This document shows, piece after piece, positions 30,992-45,771 of a DNA stretch of 64,000 nt. This DNA comes from an uncultured Acidobacteriota bacterium (GTDB taxonomy: Bacteria; Acidobacteriota; Vicinamibacteria; Fen-336). How positions within the stretch are numbered: position 1 is the stretch's first letter; each line of letters begins with the position of its first letter. The position numbers were made by a program, and so were the translations under genes. Under the pieces are notes generated by a model. It was not told the DNA's origin. It searched no databases and was given only the letters and a program-made list of their open reading frames with translations. The stretch is from positions 442,046 through 506,045 of the forward strand of contig CAVSPR010000004.1 in the NCBI GenBank assembly GCA_963729875.1, read 5' to 3'.

Positions 30992-33351
30992 GAGCGAAGC
31001 TCGCTGGGGTGGGCCTGTTCGCGGCCGTCCTGGCGCTGGCCACGTGGGTGCCGGCGCAGGAAGCGACCCCGACGACCATTACCGATATCCGCCAGGAGAG
31101 CACCGACCGGTCCACACGGCTCATCGTCGAGTGCACCGGTCCGCTCGCCTACACCTACTACAGCCCCGACCCGCTGACCCTCGTCGTGGACATCCCCGAG
31201 GTCGACGCCTCCCAGGTGCCCGCCAGGGTCAACGTCGGCACGAGGGAAGTCGAGTCCCTCCGGGTCACCAGCCTGGCGCGGGCCGACGGCCGCAACCTCG
31301 CGCGCGTCGAGGTGCGCCTGGCCAGCCTGGTCCCGTACCAGATCTTCACCCGGGACAAGTCCCTGAACCTCGTCTTCGAGAGGCCCGCGAGCCTGCCCGC
31401 GACGGCCGAGGCGGCACCCGCCCCGGCCCCGGCGGCCACCGCGGCGCTGCCGCCGGCGATGCCGGCGGCCCCGCCCGCGCCGATCGCGGCCGAGCCGGCC
31501 AGGGGCGCGCGGGCGACGCGGATCGTCGCCGTCACGCGTGACGCCGACGGGGGGCTGCTCGCATTCACGGTCAAGGCGGACGGCCGCCTCAAGTACCGCG
31601 ACTTCGTCATCCCGAACCCGGACCGCCTCGTCGTGGACTTCGCCGACGTCACCGCCCGCGCGAGCGTGCGCTCGATCGACGTCGGGGAGAGCCCGGTCAA
31701 GAAGGTCCGGCTGGGCCAGTTCAGCGCCGAGTCGCCGAAGGTGGCGCGGCTGGTCCTGGACCTCACCCAGACCGCCCCCTACCGGATCATCGACGGTACC
31801 GACGGCGTGCGGATCGTGTTCGGCGAGTCCGCCGAACCGGCCGCCGCGGCTCCCGTGCCGCTCGCCGCGCTGCGGACGGCGGAGCCCGAGCCGGTCGAGC
31901 CCGCGGCGGCGACGGCGGCCCCGCGGCCCGTCGCGGTCGAACCACTCGCCCTCCCGGCCCTGCCCGAGCCGCAGGCCGCGGCCGCTCCGCCGGAATCCGC
32001 TCTCCCGGCCGACCAGAGCAACATCGGGACAGCCTGCGGAACCACCGGAAACCTCGGCACCCCGATCAGCCTCGACTTCAAGGACGGGGACCTGCAGGAC
32101 ATCTTCCGCCTGTTCTCCGACATCTCGGGCCTCAACGTCGTCGTGAACCCGGGCGTGGCCGGCAAGGTCACCCTCAAGCTGAACGAGGTCCCGTGGGGCC
32201 GCGCCCTCGAGCTGATCCTCAAGACGAACAACCTGGGCTGCGTCCTCGAGGGCAACGTGATCCGCATCGCGCGGATGGCCGACCTCCAGCGCGAGGAGTC
32301 CGACCGCCGCAAGCTGGAAGAGGAGAAGGCGCTGGCCGGCGACCTCACCGACTTCAGCCGGCGAATCTCCTACGCCAAGGCGGGCGAGCTGCAGGCGGTC
32401 CTGAAGCAGGCGGGCGCCCTGTCCTCGCGCGGCCAGATCAACGTCGACCCCCGCACGAACACGCTGATCATCAAGGACCTCCCGGCCTTCATCGAGAAGG
32501 CCAAGGTGCTCATCGCCGACCTCGACACCGCGACGCCGCAGGTCGAGATCGAGGCCCGGATCGTCGTGACCACGCGCAACTTCACCCGCGACATCGGGAT
32601 CCAGTGGGGCTTCGGGGCGGAGGCGACCAGCCGGTACGGGAACACCACGAACAAGACCTTCCCGAACTCGATCGTGCTCAACGGCGGCGCGGTGCCGGGC
32701 GAGCTCGGGGTGCCCGCGGACATGATCGGTCCCGGCGGCCCCTCGTCCGCCGCTGGCATCGGCACCGCCGGCCGCGGCTACGCGGTCAACCTCCCCGCCA
32801 GCGCGTTCAACAGCGCGATCGGCGTCTCGATGGGCAACATCCTGGGCAGCTTCAACCTCGACGTGGCCCTCACCGCCCTCGAGCGGCAGGGCCGGGGGCG
32901 CCTGCTCTCGACGCCGAAGGTGACGACCCAGAACAACAAGCCGGCCGAGATCAAGCAGGGCGTGCAGATCCCGATCCAGACGCTCGCCAACAACACGGTC
33001 AGCGTCCAGTTCAAGGATGCCGTGCTGACCCTGAAGGTCACGCCCCAGATCACCGAGGCCGGCACCGTCATCCTCGAGCTCGAGGTGGAGAACAACTCGC
33101 CGGACTACGCGAACAAGGTCAACGGGATCCCGCCGATCAACACCCAGTCGGCGAAGACGATCGTCCTCGTCAAGGACGGCCAGACCGCGGTCGTCGGCGG
33201 CATCTACCAGAGCTCGGAGACCAGCACCCAGAACCAGACTCCCTTCCTCAGCAGGCTCCCGGTGCTCGGGTACCTGTTCAAGAGCAAGGCCGTTGACACG
33301 CGCAACAACGAGCTGCTCCTGTTCATCACGCCGCGCATCGTCAAGTCCTAG
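30988..33351 (+). CDS. pilQ: Type IV pilus secretin PilQ (AMIN domains, N0/N1 and secretin domain)
   Basis: 787 aa with signal peptide, two AMIN-like repeats, NolW-like and secretin C-domain (VVLVKDGQTAVVGGIYQ...PFLSRLPVLGYLFKSK...LLLFITPRIV). Confidence 0.9.
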   Translation: MRAKLAGVGLFAAVLALATWVPAQEATPTTITDIRQESTDRSTRLIVECTGPLAYTYYSPDPLTLVVDIPEVDASQVPARVNVGTREVESLRVTSLARADGRNLARVEVRLASLVPYQIFTRDKSLNLVFERPASLPATAEAAPAPAPAATAALPPAMPAAPPAPIAAEPARGARATRIVAVTRDADGGLLAFTVKADGRLKYRDFVIPNPDRLVVDFADVTARASVRSIDVGESPVKKVRLGQFSAESPKVARLVLDLTQTAPYRIIDGTDGVRIVFGESAEPAAAAPVPLAALRTAEPEPVEPAAATAAPRPVAVEPLALPALPEPQAAAAPPESALPADQSNIGTACGTTGNLGTPISLDFKDGDLQDIFRLFSDISGLNVVVNPGVAGKVTLKLNEVPWGRALELILKTNNLGCVLEGNVIRIARMADLQREESDRRKLEEEKALAGDLTDFSRRISYAKAGELQAVLKQAGALSSRGQINVDPRTNTLIIKDLPAFIEKAKVLIADLDTATPQVEIEARIVVTTRNFTRDIGIQWGFGAEATSRYGNTTNKTFPNSIVLNGGAVPGELGVPADMIGPGGPSSAAGIGTAGRGYAVNLPASAFNSAIGVSMGNILGSFNLDVALTALERQGRGRLLSTPKVTTQNNKPAEIKQGVQIPIQTLANNTVSVQFKDAVLTLKVTPQITEAGTVILELEVENNSPDYANKVNGIPPINTQSAKTIVLVKDGQTAVVGGIYQSSETSTQNQTPFLSRLPVLGYLFKSKAVDTRNNELLLFITPRIVKS

Positions 33352-33408
33352 AGGTTGAGAAGAGCCATGTGTTTCCGAATGCTCGTTCGTGACGCGGGGG
33401 GGTGGACC

Positions 33409-33975
33409 ATGAGGCTCGGCACAGCCGCGGCGCTGGCGGGGGCGCTCGCCCTGGCGGGCTGCAGTGCGGACTACGTGGAAGGGGACTCGTCCCAGGTGCT
33501 CGTGACGGTGGAGAGCATCAACGAGGGCGCTCCGATGCTGTCGGACGTGAGCGTCGAGGGCGTCGTCGTGAACTGCCAGACGATCGTCGGGGTTTCGGTC
33601 CGGGCGAAGAACCCGAGCGTGGCCCTGACGCCGGTCAACGACGTGCGTTTGACCCGCTACGAGGTGTCGTACCGGCGCTCGGACGGCCGGTCCGTCCAGG
33701 GCGTCGACGTGCCCTACACGATCAGCGGGAACATGACGGTCACGATTCAAGCCGGTGCGGGCCCGACGACGTTCGCGATGGATGTCGTGCGTCACCAGGC
33801 GAAGCTGGTTCCCCCGCTGAGCAACATCACGGGGCTCCAGATCGTGACGATGTTCGCCGACGTGACGCTCCACGGCGAGACGATCGCGAAGCAGGCGGTG
33901 TCCGCGCAGGGCTCGGTGCAGATCACCTTCGCCGACTTCGCGAGCGGGACGCAAACCTGCGAGTCCGGGAGCTAG
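33409..33975 (+). CDS. Putative lipoprotein (LALAGC lipobox), function unknown
   Basis: MRLGTAAALAGALALAGCS lipobox, then a beta-rich domain; immediately downstream of pilQ. Confidence 0.5.
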   Translation: MRLGTAAALAGALALAGCSADYVEGDSSQVLVTVESINEGAPMLSDVSVEGVVVNCQTIVGVSVRAKNPSVALTPVNDVRLTRYEVSYRRSDGRSVQGVDVPYTISGNMTVTIQAGAGPTTFAMDVVRHQAKLVPPLSNITGLQIVTMFADVTLHGETIAKQAVSAQGSVQITFADFASGTQTCESGS

Positions 33976-33985
33976 GAGAGGAGCC

Positions 33986-34459
33986 ATGCGAGTTCCCTTT
34001 GCCGAACGGGGCGTGCGTCCCCTCCTTCTGATGGCGGCGGCCCTCGGGCTGGCCGCGGGCGGGTGCAGCCTGGACAAGGTCGAGGAGCCGGGCCTCATCG
34101 GGCCGTCGGAGACGGGCATCTCGGTGGAGCTGCTGGCCCTGCCGGACACCCTGAACGCGGACGGGGTGAGCGCGTCCACGGTTCAGCTCGTCCTTCGCGA
34201 CGCGAACGGGCAGCCGGTGAACGGGCTGGCCGTGTGGTTCGACCACGACGGGGACGGCACGCTGGTCCCGTCGCCGGTCTCCCGGTACGTCGGCCCCCTG
34301 CAGACCGGGTTCGTGATGGCCACCGACAGCAACGGGGTCGCCAACGTGGTGTACTTCGCGGGCACGGACCGGGGGCGGACGGTGACCGTGGTCGTCCGTC
34401 CCTACGGCCTCGACGCCGCCCGCGCCTTCGTCCGGACGGTCGAGATCGCCCAGCTCTGA
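33986..34459 (+). CDS. Putative lipoprotein with a bacterial Ig-like (BIG) domain
   Basis: LAAGGCSL lipobox; ...ADGVSASTVQLVLRDANGQPVNGLAVWF resembles an invasin/intimin Ig-like fold. Confidence 0.5.
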   Translation: MRVPFAERGVRPLLLMAAALGLAAGGCSLDKVEEPGLIGPSETGISVELLALPDTLNADGVSASTVQLVLRDANGQPVNGLAVWFDHDGDGTLVPSPVSRYVGPLQTGFVMATDSNGVANVVYFAGTDRGRTVTVVVRPYGLDAARAFVRTVEIAQL

Positions 34460-34490
34460 TCCGCCAGGGGTGAGGGCATGCCCAGGTACG

Positions 34491-34515
34491 GGGCCGGCCG
34501 GGTGCAGGCCGGCCC
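34491..34515 (+). terminator. GC-rich hairpin GGGCCGGCC-N7-GGCCGGCCC downstream of the lipoprotein genes; weak U-tract
   Basis: Seen directly. The tail GGCGCTTT is U-poor, so intrinsic termination is uncertain. Confidence 0.25.
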
Positions 34516-34524
34516 CGGCGCTTT

Positions 34525-35718
34525 GTGACCGTGGCTGACTCCCGCATCGACGAACTCCGCCGCCGGCTCGAGCGCGATCCGGGCTCGAGGCTCTTCGCCC
34601 AGCTGGCCGAGGAGTACCGGAAAGCGGGCGACCACGCCGAGGCGATCCGGGTGGCCCGGGCGGGGCTCGCGCAGCACCCGTCCTACCCGTCGGCGCGGCT
34701 GACCCTGGGGCGTGCGCTGCTCGGGTCGGGCGACGCGGCGGGGGCGCGGGTCGAGCTCGAGGCGGCCCTGCGCGAGGCCCCGGACAACATTCTCGCGAGT
34801 CGATTCCTCGGCCAGGCCCTCGAAGCGCTGGGGGAGCTGGGCCCGGCCCTGCTCCAGCTCCAGAAAACGCTCAAGATGGCGCCCGGCGACAGGCAGCTGG
34901 AGGGCCAGATCGTCTCGCTTCAGACGCGGCTGCGGGCACCGCAGCCTTCCGCAGCGCCGGGAGCGGCCGCGTGGGCCGCCCGGCCCCTGGTTCCGGCCGC
35001 CGAGGCGGAAGAGAGCGAGGGGGAGCCGCTCCCGCCAACGATCCGCATCCACATGCCGGGCGATCCCGGTCCGTGGGGGCGCACGCCGGCCAGCCCTCCA
35101 CCCCTGCCGCCGAGGGCGGGGCCGCCGCCCGCTCTGGCGGAGGCGACGCTGGCGTCGCCGGTTCTCGAGGCGCTCGTCCCGCAAGTGCCGCCGGCTGCGG
35201 CCGCCGCCCCTGCCGCCGAGCTGCCGCCGGTGCCGCCGCCGGTGGCGGGCGCGGCGCGGGCACCGCTCTCGGCCGAGCCGTTCTGGGAGTCGGACGTTGC
35301 GCCGACGCTCCCCACGGCCCAGACTCCCGAGCTCGGGCGCGTGGACGAGGAGGCGGCGCCGACCCTGCGGCCGGGTGCCGTTGCCGCCGAGGAGACCGTG
35401 TTCGAAGCCGAGCCGGTCCCGGAGGCAGACGGTGGACCCGCGCCAGGCACCCTGCTCGAGGAGGCGACCCCCCCGCCGGCGCCCTTCACGTCCTCGACCC
35501 TGGCCGAGCTGTACGTGAAGCAGGGGCTCGCGAACCGGGCCGTAGAGGTCTACCGCCAGCTCGTGGTGGAAGAGCCGGGGAACGAGCGCGCCCGTGCCCG
35601 GCTCGCCGATCTCGAAGGCGGGCTTGGCGGGGGCGACGGGCGCACCGCCCGGCGCCGGGCTCTCCAGCGGACGATTGCCGGCCTGGAAGCCCTGCTGGCC
35701 GCCGTGCGGAGGCGATGA
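34525..35718 (+). CDS. TPR-repeat protein with Pro/Ala-rich linker
   Basis: N-terminal TPR repeats ([25 protein letters not shown]...), a long Pro-rich low-complexity region, C-terminal TPR-like helix pair. Stop overlaps the Roadblock gene start (ATGA). Confidence 0.6.
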   Translation: MTVADSRIDELRRRLERDPGSRLFAQLAEEYRKAGDHAEAIRVARAGLAQHPSYPSARLTLGRALLGSGDAAGARVELEAALREAPDNILASRFLGQALEALGELGPALLQLQKTLKMAPGDRQLEGQIVSLQTRLRAPQPSAAPGAAAWAARPLVPAAEAEESEGEPLPPTIRIHMPGDPGPWGRTPASPPPLPPRAGPPPALAEATLASPVLEALVPQVPPAAAAAPAAELPPVPPPVAGAARAPLSAEPFWESDVAPTLPTAQTPELGRVDEEAAPTLRPGAVAAEETVFEAEPVPEADGGPAPGTLLEEATPPPAPFTSSTLAELYVKQGLANRAVEVYRQLVVEEPGNERARARLADLEGGLGGGDGRTARRRALQRTIAGLEALLAAVRRR

Positions 35719-36083
35719 CCATGGCTGCCTTTGCCGACGCTCTCAAGGGGGTTGCGAGCCGGGTTCCCGAGACCGAGGCCCTGATGGTCATCGGGACGGA
35801 CGGGATCCCGATCGAGAAGCTCATGATCCGCCCGGACCCGAACATGGAAGCGGTGGCCGCCGAGTACACGACCCTTCTGCGGGCCAGCCTCGCCGCATCG
35901 GCGGATACCGGCCTCGGGTCGCTGCAGGAGCTCGCGATCACGACGGAGCGGATGGCGACCCTGCTCGTCGCGATCACTCCCGAGTACTTCCTCTTCGCCT
36001 CGCTCGCCCCCGGGGCGCTGATGGGCCGCGCCCGCTTCGCGCTGAGGCTGGCCGGGCTCGCCCTCCGCAGCGAGTTCGAGTAG
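35715..36083 (+). CDS. Roadblock/LC7 domain protein (MglB-like)
   Basis: 122 aa; ...[16 protein letters not shown]...[30 protein letters not shown] is the Roadblock/LC7 signature. Confidence 0.7.
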   Translation: MTMAAFADALKGVASRVPETEALMVIGTDGIPIEKLMIRPDPNMEAVAAEYTTLLRASLAASADTGLGSLQELAITTERMATLLVAITPEYFLFASLAPGALMGRARFALRLAGLALRSEFE

Positions 36084-36172
36084 CCCCCGGGCGGGGCGTC
36101 CTTGACTTTCCGTCTTTCCGTCCAAATAATCTCTATTCTGCGACATACGGGGATTTGCCCCGAGGAGAGCGC

Positions 36173-36640
<468 letters not shown>

Positions 36641-36670
36641 GCGGGCGAGGGGCCCCTTCTACCCACGCCG

Positions 36671-38035
36671 ATGTTCAAGAAGGTGCTGATCGCCAACCGC
36701 GGCGAGATCGCGCTGCGGGTGATGTGGGCCTGCAAGGAGCTCGGGCTCAAGACGGTCGCCGTCTACTCGGAGGCGGACGCCAACGGCCTCCACGTGCGCT
36801 TCGCCGACGAGGCGGTGTGCATCGGTCCGCCCCGCAACATCGAGTCGTACCTGAACATCCCGGCGATCATCAGCGCCGCCGAGATCACCGGCGCCGACGC
36901 GATCCACCCGGGCTACGGGTTCCTCTCCGAGTCCGCCTACCTCGCCGAGATCTGCGAGGCGTGCAACATCCGCTTCATCGGCCCCGGACCGCAGGCGATC
37001 CGCCTGATGGGAGACAAGAGCCGGGCGAAGAAGGCGATGATCAAGGCCGGGGTGCCGGTGGTCCCGGGGTCGAACGGCAACGTCGAGGACGAGGAGAAGG
37101 CCGTCCGGATCGCGAAGGACGTCGGCTTCCCGGTCATCCTCAAGGCCTCGGCCGGCGGGGGCGGGCGCGGGATGCGGATCGTGCGCCAGGCCGCCGACCT
37201 CGCCCAGAGCTACCGGGCGGCGCAGGCCGAGGCGCAGGCGGCGTTCGGCGTGCCCGACGTGTACATCGAGAAGTACGTCGAGGGCCCCCGTCACGTCGAG
37301 ATCCAGGTGATGGCGGACAGCAAGGGCAACGTCGTGCACCTCGGCGAGCGCGAGTGCTCGATCCAGCGCCGGCACCAGAAGATCATCGAGGAGGCCCCGT
37401 CGGTCGTGATCACGGAGAAGCTGCGCCGCCGGATGGGCCGCACCTCGGTCGAGGCGGCGGCGGCCGTCCAGTACGTGAGCGCCGGCACCGTCGAGTTCCT
37501 CGTCGACAAGGACAACAACTACTACTTCATGGAGATGAACACGCGCATCCAGGTGGAGCACGGGGTGACCGAGCTCGTCACCGGCCGCGACCTCGTCAAG
37601 GAGCAGATCCACGTGGCGGCGGGGGCGCCCCTGTCGTTCTCCCAGAAGGACATCACCTTCTCCGGCCACGCCCTCGAGTGCCGGATCAACGCCGAGGACC
37701 CCGTGACCTTCGTTCCCTCCCCGGGCACCATCCGGCACTTCTTCGCGCCCGGGGGGCCGGGGGTGCGAGTGGACACGTTCGCCCACGAGGGCTGCGAGAT
37801 CTCCCCCTACTACGACAGCATGATCGCCAAGCTGATGACGCACGGGCGCAACCGCGCGGAGGCGATCGCGAGGATGCGGCGCTGCCTCGACGTGATGGTG
37901 GTCGAGGGGATCAAGACGAACATCCCGCTCCACCGGCGGATCATGGACGACCCCGACTTCCAGGCGGGCCGCTTCGACACCCGCTTCATGGATCGGTTCG
38001 TGCCGCCGAAGAAGGCGGCCGGCGCCACCTCCTGA
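36671..38035 (+). CDS. accC: Acetyl-CoA carboxylase biotin carboxylase subunit
   Basis: [25 protein letters not shown]... Full-length 454-aa match to the biotin carboxylase family, intact. Confidence 0.95.
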   Translation: MFKKVLIANRGEIALRVMWACKELGLKTVAVYSEADANGLHVRFADEAVCIGPPRNIESYLNIPAIISAAEITGADAIHPGYGFLSESAYLAEICEACNIRFIGPGPQAIRLMGDKSRAKKAMIKAGVPVVPGSNGNVEDEEKAVRIAKDVGFPVILKASAGGGGRGMRIVRQAADLAQSYRAAQAEAQAAFGVPDVYIEKYVEGPRHVEIQVMADSKGNVVHLGERECSIQRRHQKIIEEAPSVVITEKLRRRMGRTSVEAAAAVQYVSAGTVEFLVDKDNNYYFMEMNTRIQVEHGVTELVTGRDLVKEQIHVAAGAPLSFSQKDITFSGHALECRINAEDPVTFVPSPGTIRHFFAPGGPGVRVDTFAHEGCEISPYYDSMIAKLMTHGRNRAEAIARMRRCLDVMVVEGIKTNIPLHRRIMDDPDFQAGRFDTRFMDRFVPPKKAAGATS

Positions 38036-38079
38036 CCCGCGCCCGCACCGGGCGGGAGAGCCAGTGTAAGATCCCGGCC

Positions 38080-38989
<910 letters not shown>

Positions 38990-38999
38990 AGGGGCCCAC

Positions 39000-40266
39000 G
39001 TGCTCCGGGTCGGCCTGACCGGTGGGATCGCCTGCGGGAAGTCCCACGTCCTGCGGCGGCTGGCCGCTCACGGCTTCCCGACCCTGGACCTCGACGCCGT
39101 CGCGCGGGAGGTCACGGCCCCGGGGAGCCCCGCCGTCGCCGAGATCGCCGAGGCCCTCGGCCCCGGCCTCGTGGGGAACGGACGGCGCGCTCGACCGGGC
39201 TTCTCTCGCGGCGGTGGTGTTCGCGGACCCCGCGGCACGGGCGCGGCTCAACGCCATCGTCCACCCCCGGGTGCGCGCCGCCGAGGCCCTCTGGGCGGGC
39301 CGGCTCGGCGGCCGGCCGGACGCGGTCCTGGTGACCGACGCCGCCCTCCTCGTCGAGGCGGGCGCTCACCTGCGGTTCGACCGCCTGGTCGTCGTGCACT
39401 GCGACCCGCGGCTGCAGCTCGAGCGATTGCAGGCCCGCGACGGGCTCGACGAGCGCGCCGCCCGCGCGCGGCTCGAGGCCCAGATGCCGCTCCCGGAGAA
39501 GCGGGCCTTCGCACACTTCGAGGTGGACACGTCCGGCTCCGTCGCGCAGACGGAGCAGTCGGCGGACGCGCTCGCGGAGGCCCTCGCCGGCCTCGTACGC
39601 GGGCGACGCCTCCCGCGCGAGGAGGGCCTGGCCACGCTGCTCGGAGGCCTCGTGCACGGCCCCGTGGAAGGCCCGCGCGGCCTCTCGCCGTCGTCCCTCC
39701 TCCTGGCCGCGGTCGAGGCGGGGGGCCTCGAGATGGAGGCCCTCGCGCGCCGGCTCTCGCCGCCGGCCGCCGGGCCGTGGTACCGGACGGCGGCCGAGGC
39801 GGAGCCCGGCGCCTCCGCGGCCGGCCTCGCCGTCGCCCTGGCCGCCTGGGCCCTGTGCCGCGGCCTCGCCGACCCGCCGTTCCTCGCGGCGGCCGCGGGC
39901 TCGGTCTCGCGCCTCACCCACGCCGACCCCGTGGCCCGGGCGGAGGCCTGCCTCGTGGCGCTCGTCGCGCAGGAGGTGGCGCTCGCCGGCGGGGCGACGG
40001 CCGGCGTCGAGGCGGACGCGGCGCGGCTGGGGTCGCTCGCCGCCCGCTTCGGGGGTGCTTTGCCGTCGCGACAGCTGGACCCGGTGTGGGCCGCGGTGCG
40101 GCGGCACCCCGCAGGCCCCGCCGCGGCCCGCGCCGACTGCGAGCGCGAGGGCGGCGACGGCGCGCTCGCGGGAGCCCTCGCCGGCCTCGGGGCCGCGGTC
40201 GAGCCGTCACCCCGCGCCGCGTCCTTGCGGGCGATGCTCGAGGCGCTGGCGCCGCCGGCGGCCTGA
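39000..40266 (+). CDS. coaE: Dephospho-CoA kinase with a ~210-aa Ala-rich C-terminal extension; frameshift at ~39176-39185
   Basis: MLRVGLTGGIACGKSHV P-loop, then (other frame) DGALDRASLAAVVFADPAARARLNAIVHPRV. The extension to 40266 keeps strong GC3 bias, so it is probably coding. Confidence 0.6.
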
Positions 40267-40293
40267 ACGGTCGCCGGTCGCCGCCCCGTCCCT

Positions 40294-41481
40294 CTATCGC
40301 GCGCCCGCCGCCGGCCCCACCCGCTCCTCCACGAAGGTGTTCCACTCGTGGCAGTGGGGGCAGCGCCACAGCATGTCGTCGGCGCGGTAGCGGCAGACCG
40401 TGCAGATGTGGGGATCGACGTAGAGGGCCGACTCCTCGACGGTCGCCACGTAGCGCTGCTCCTCCGGCCCGAGCTCCCCGAGGGCGCGCAGCGTCCGCCA
40501 GACCTCGAGGTGGACGAGGAGCACGTGGGGGTTCGCCTCCAGTGCGCGCAGGAGGAGGCCGAGGGCCTCTCCCGCGCGCCCCTCGGCGCGCAGCTGCCGG
40601 GCGAGGGCGAGGCGGGCCCGCCAGTCCCGGGGGTCCTGGCCGACGAGACGCTCGCAGAGCACGGCGAAGCGGGAGGGCTCGTTGGCCGCGGCGTAGGCCT
40701 CCTGGAGGGCGGGGAAGGCGAGGTAGGCGCGCTCCGGCGCCGCCGCGATCGCGTCCTCGAGGATGTGGGCCGCCCGCCGCGGGTCCCGCTCGCGCCAGAG
40801 ATCGGCGAGCGCGAGGTGGGCGGGGAAGACGCGCCGGTCCAGGGAGAGGGCGGTTCGGAAGGCCTCCTCCGCGTCCTCGCGGCGGCCGGCGCGCAGCGCG
40901 TCCCGTCCCATCTCCGCCTGCAGGAAGCCGAGCACGAGGGCGTCGTTCGACTTGCGCATCCGGGCGAGCCGGGTCTGGATCTCGTACGCCTCGCGCCACT
41001 GCCGCTGCTCCTCGTGCAGCTTCTGCTGTCCGGCGAGGGCGTGGAGGTTCCCCGGGTCCACGTCGAGGGCGTCGGAGTAGGCCTGGGCCGCCCGGTCGAG
41101 GAAGCCGGCCTTGCGGTAGTCGGTGCCGAGGTTGGCGAGGGCGTGGGCGCGCTCCGCCCGCGTGAGGTCGGTGCGGGCGAGCAGCCCGCGGTGGATCTCG
41201 ATCGCGCGCTCCACCCGGCCGGCCTCCCGCTGGAGGTGGCCGAGGACCTGCTGCACCTCCACCGCCTCCGGGTAGTCGCGCAGGACCTTGCCGAGCTCGT
41301 GGACGGCCGTCTCGAGCTGGCCGGTGGCGAGACAGTGCAGGCCCTCCGTGTAGTGCGACGAGGAGCGGAAGGCCGGTCGCTGCCGGTCGGCCGCCTTCCG
41401 GCGGCCCGCCACCCACGCGCCGCCGGCGAGCGACCCCGCGGCCGCGGCCAGCAGGACGGCGAGGAGGGCCGTGTCCGTCAC
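40294..41481 (-). CDS. lapB: Lipopolysaccharide assembly protein B (LapB/YciM): N-terminal TM, TPR repeats, C-terminal rubredoxin-like zinc finger
   Basis: N-terminal TM, about 8 TPR repeats, C-terminal CTVCRYRADDMLWRCPHCHEW. GTG start immediately after the kpsF stop. Confidence 0.8.
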   Translation of the reverse strand: MTDTALLAVLLAAAAGSLAGGAWVAGRRKAADRQRPAFRSSSHYTEGLHCLATGQLETAVHELGKVLRDYPEAVEVQQVLGHLQREAGRVERAIEIHRGLLARTDLTRAERAHALANLGTDYRKAGFLDRAAQAYSDALDVDPGNLHALAGQQKLHEEQRQWREAYEIQTRLARMRKSNDALVLGFLQAEMGRDALRAGRREDAEEAFRTALSLDRRVFPAHLALADLWRERDPRRAAHILEDAIAAAPERAYLAFPALQEAYAAANEPSRFAVLCERLVGQDPRDWRARLALARQLRAEGRAGEALGLLLRALEANPHVLLVHLEVWRTLRALGELGPEEQRYVATVEESALYVDPHICTVCRYRADDMLWRCPHCHEWNTFVEERVGPAAGAR

Positions 41482-42451
41482 TAGATCATCTCGGTCTTCC
41501 AGAGGTCGTGCAGGTGCAGCACGCCCTCGATCCGGCCCTCCTCGTCCGTGACCAGGAGGGAGGTGATCTTGCGCGTCTCCAGGAGGTCGAGGGCGCGCGT
41601 GGCGAGCTCGCGGCGGCCCACCAGCACGGGGTCGCGGGTCATGCACTCGGCGGCGGTGCGGTCGAGGAGAGCGTAGCCGTGGCGCTCCATCTGCCGCCGC
41701 AGGTCGCCGTCCGAGATCACCCCGAGCAGCTTCCCGTCCTCCTCGGCGACGGTGGTGAGCCCGAGGCGCTTCCTGGTCATCTCGAACAGGACGTCCTTCA
41801 TCCGTCGTGCCCGGGGCCACGCGGGGGACGGCGTCACCGGTGTGCATGAGGTCCTCGACCCGGAGCAGCTTCTTGCCGAGGCGGCCGCCGGGGTGCAGCA
41901 CGGCGAAGTCGTCCACGGTGAAGCCCCGCCTCTCGAGCAGCGCCATGGCGAGCGCGTCGCCCATGGCGAGGGCGGCGGTGGTCGAGGCGGTGGGGGCGAG
42001 GCCGAGGGGGCACGCCTCGGCGCGGATGGACACGTCGAGGTGGACGTCGGCGGCCTGGGCGAGGGGCGAGCGGGGGTTGCCGGTGAGGGCGACGACGGCC
42101 GAGCCCAGCCGCTTGACCCAGGGCAGCGAGGGCCAGGATCTCCTCCGTGTCGCCGCTGTTCGAGACGGCGAGGAGCACGTCCCCCTTCACGATGCGGCCG
42201 AGGTCGCCGTGGATCGCCTCGGCGGGGTGGAGGAAGAGCGAGGGGCTGCCGGTCGAGGCGAGCGTGGCGGAGATCTTCTGGGCGATGATCCCGCTCTTGC
42301 CCATGCCGGTGGCCACCACGCGGCCGGTGCAGGCGAAGAGCGTCTCCACGGCCCGGTCGAAGCTCTCGTCGAGGCGCGGGATCAGCGCGCGGATCGCCTC
42401 CGCCTCGGTCTCCAGCACCTTGCGCGCGGTCTCGCGGGGCATCGGGCCCAT
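41481..42451 (-). pseudogene. kpsF: Arabinose-5-phosphate isomerase (KpsF/GutQ; SIS + tandem CBS) split over three frames by two or more indels
   Basis: SIS N-terminus VVATGMGKSGIIAQKISATLASTGSPSLFLHP...VLLAVSNSGDTEEI (ORF 41834..42451); SIS C-terminus ...FTVDDFAVLHPGGRLGKKL (frame of ORF 40294..42033); CBS pair ...VISDGDLRR...VTDEEGRIEGVLHLHDL (ORF 41481..41837). Confidence 0.7.
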
Positions 42452-42455
42452 CCTA

Positions 42456-44958
<2,503 letters not shown>

Positions 44959-44963
<5 letters not shown>

Positions 44964-45771
44964 CGGTCCTTCCCTTCTCGGGGCGAAGGAGCGCGCGCAC
45001 GCGCTCGAGGTCCTCGGGAGTGTCCACCGCGACGCCGCCCTCCCCGTCCAACGGCACGACGCGGATCCTCATGCCGTGGTGCAGGGCGCGGAGCTGCTCG
45101 AGCCCCTCGGCCTCCTCGAGCGGCGAGCGGGGGAGCGAGGCGAAGCGCAGGAGGGCCTCGCGCCGGTACGCGTAGAGGCCCACGTGCTTGCGCGCCAGGC
45201 CGCGCGCGACCGCCGCCTCCGCCGCCGCGCGCAGGTCGGCGCCCTTCCCGAGGCGCGCGTGGGGGATCGGGCTGCGCGAGAAGTAGAGGGCGTCGCCCCC
45301 GGCGTCGACCACCACCTTGACCACGGACGGGGCGAGCATCTCCTCGACCGAGCGGAGGGGAGCGAGAGCGTCGCCATCGGGAGCCCGGGCTCTTCGAGCG
45401 AGCGCCCCGGCCGCCGCGTCGATCCCCGCCGGGTCGAGCATCGGCTCGTCGCCCTGCACGTTCACCACGATCTCGGCCTCGAGGGCCCGGGCCACCTCGG
45501 CGAGGCGGTCGGTCCCGGTCGGGTGGTCGGGCGAGGTGAGGACCGCCTCCCCGCCGAAGCCGCGGACGACCGAGGCGATGCGCTCGTCGTCGGTCGCAAC
45601 GACCACCCGGTCCGGCATCCGGGCCGCGCGCGCACGCTCGTACACCCGCTGGATCATGGTCTTCCCGTGGATCACCGAGAGGGGCTTCCCCGGCAGCCGT
45701 GTGGAGGCGAAGCGCGCGGGGATGATGGCGACGATGGCCAAGCTTGGTCGGGGCCCTCGTGAACATCGCAT
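44959..45771 (-). CDS. kdsB: 3-deoxy-manno-octulosonate cytidylyltransferase (CMP-Kdo synthetase)
   Basis: [21 protein letters not shown]...NVQGDEPML matches the KdsB family; 270 aa. Confidence 0.85.

Noticed and set aside
36100-36160. Possible sigma70 promoter (TTGACT ... AATAAT) upstream of accB
   Set aside because: The -10 match is weak and the spacing is ambiguous. It is mentioned only as a possibility and not called as a feature.
39914-41416. 500-aa minus-strand ORF and the 39000..41165 721-aa plus ORF
   Set aside because: Arg/Pro/Gly-rich antisense or out-of-frame readings across coaE and lapB. The real genes are identified by homology in other frames.
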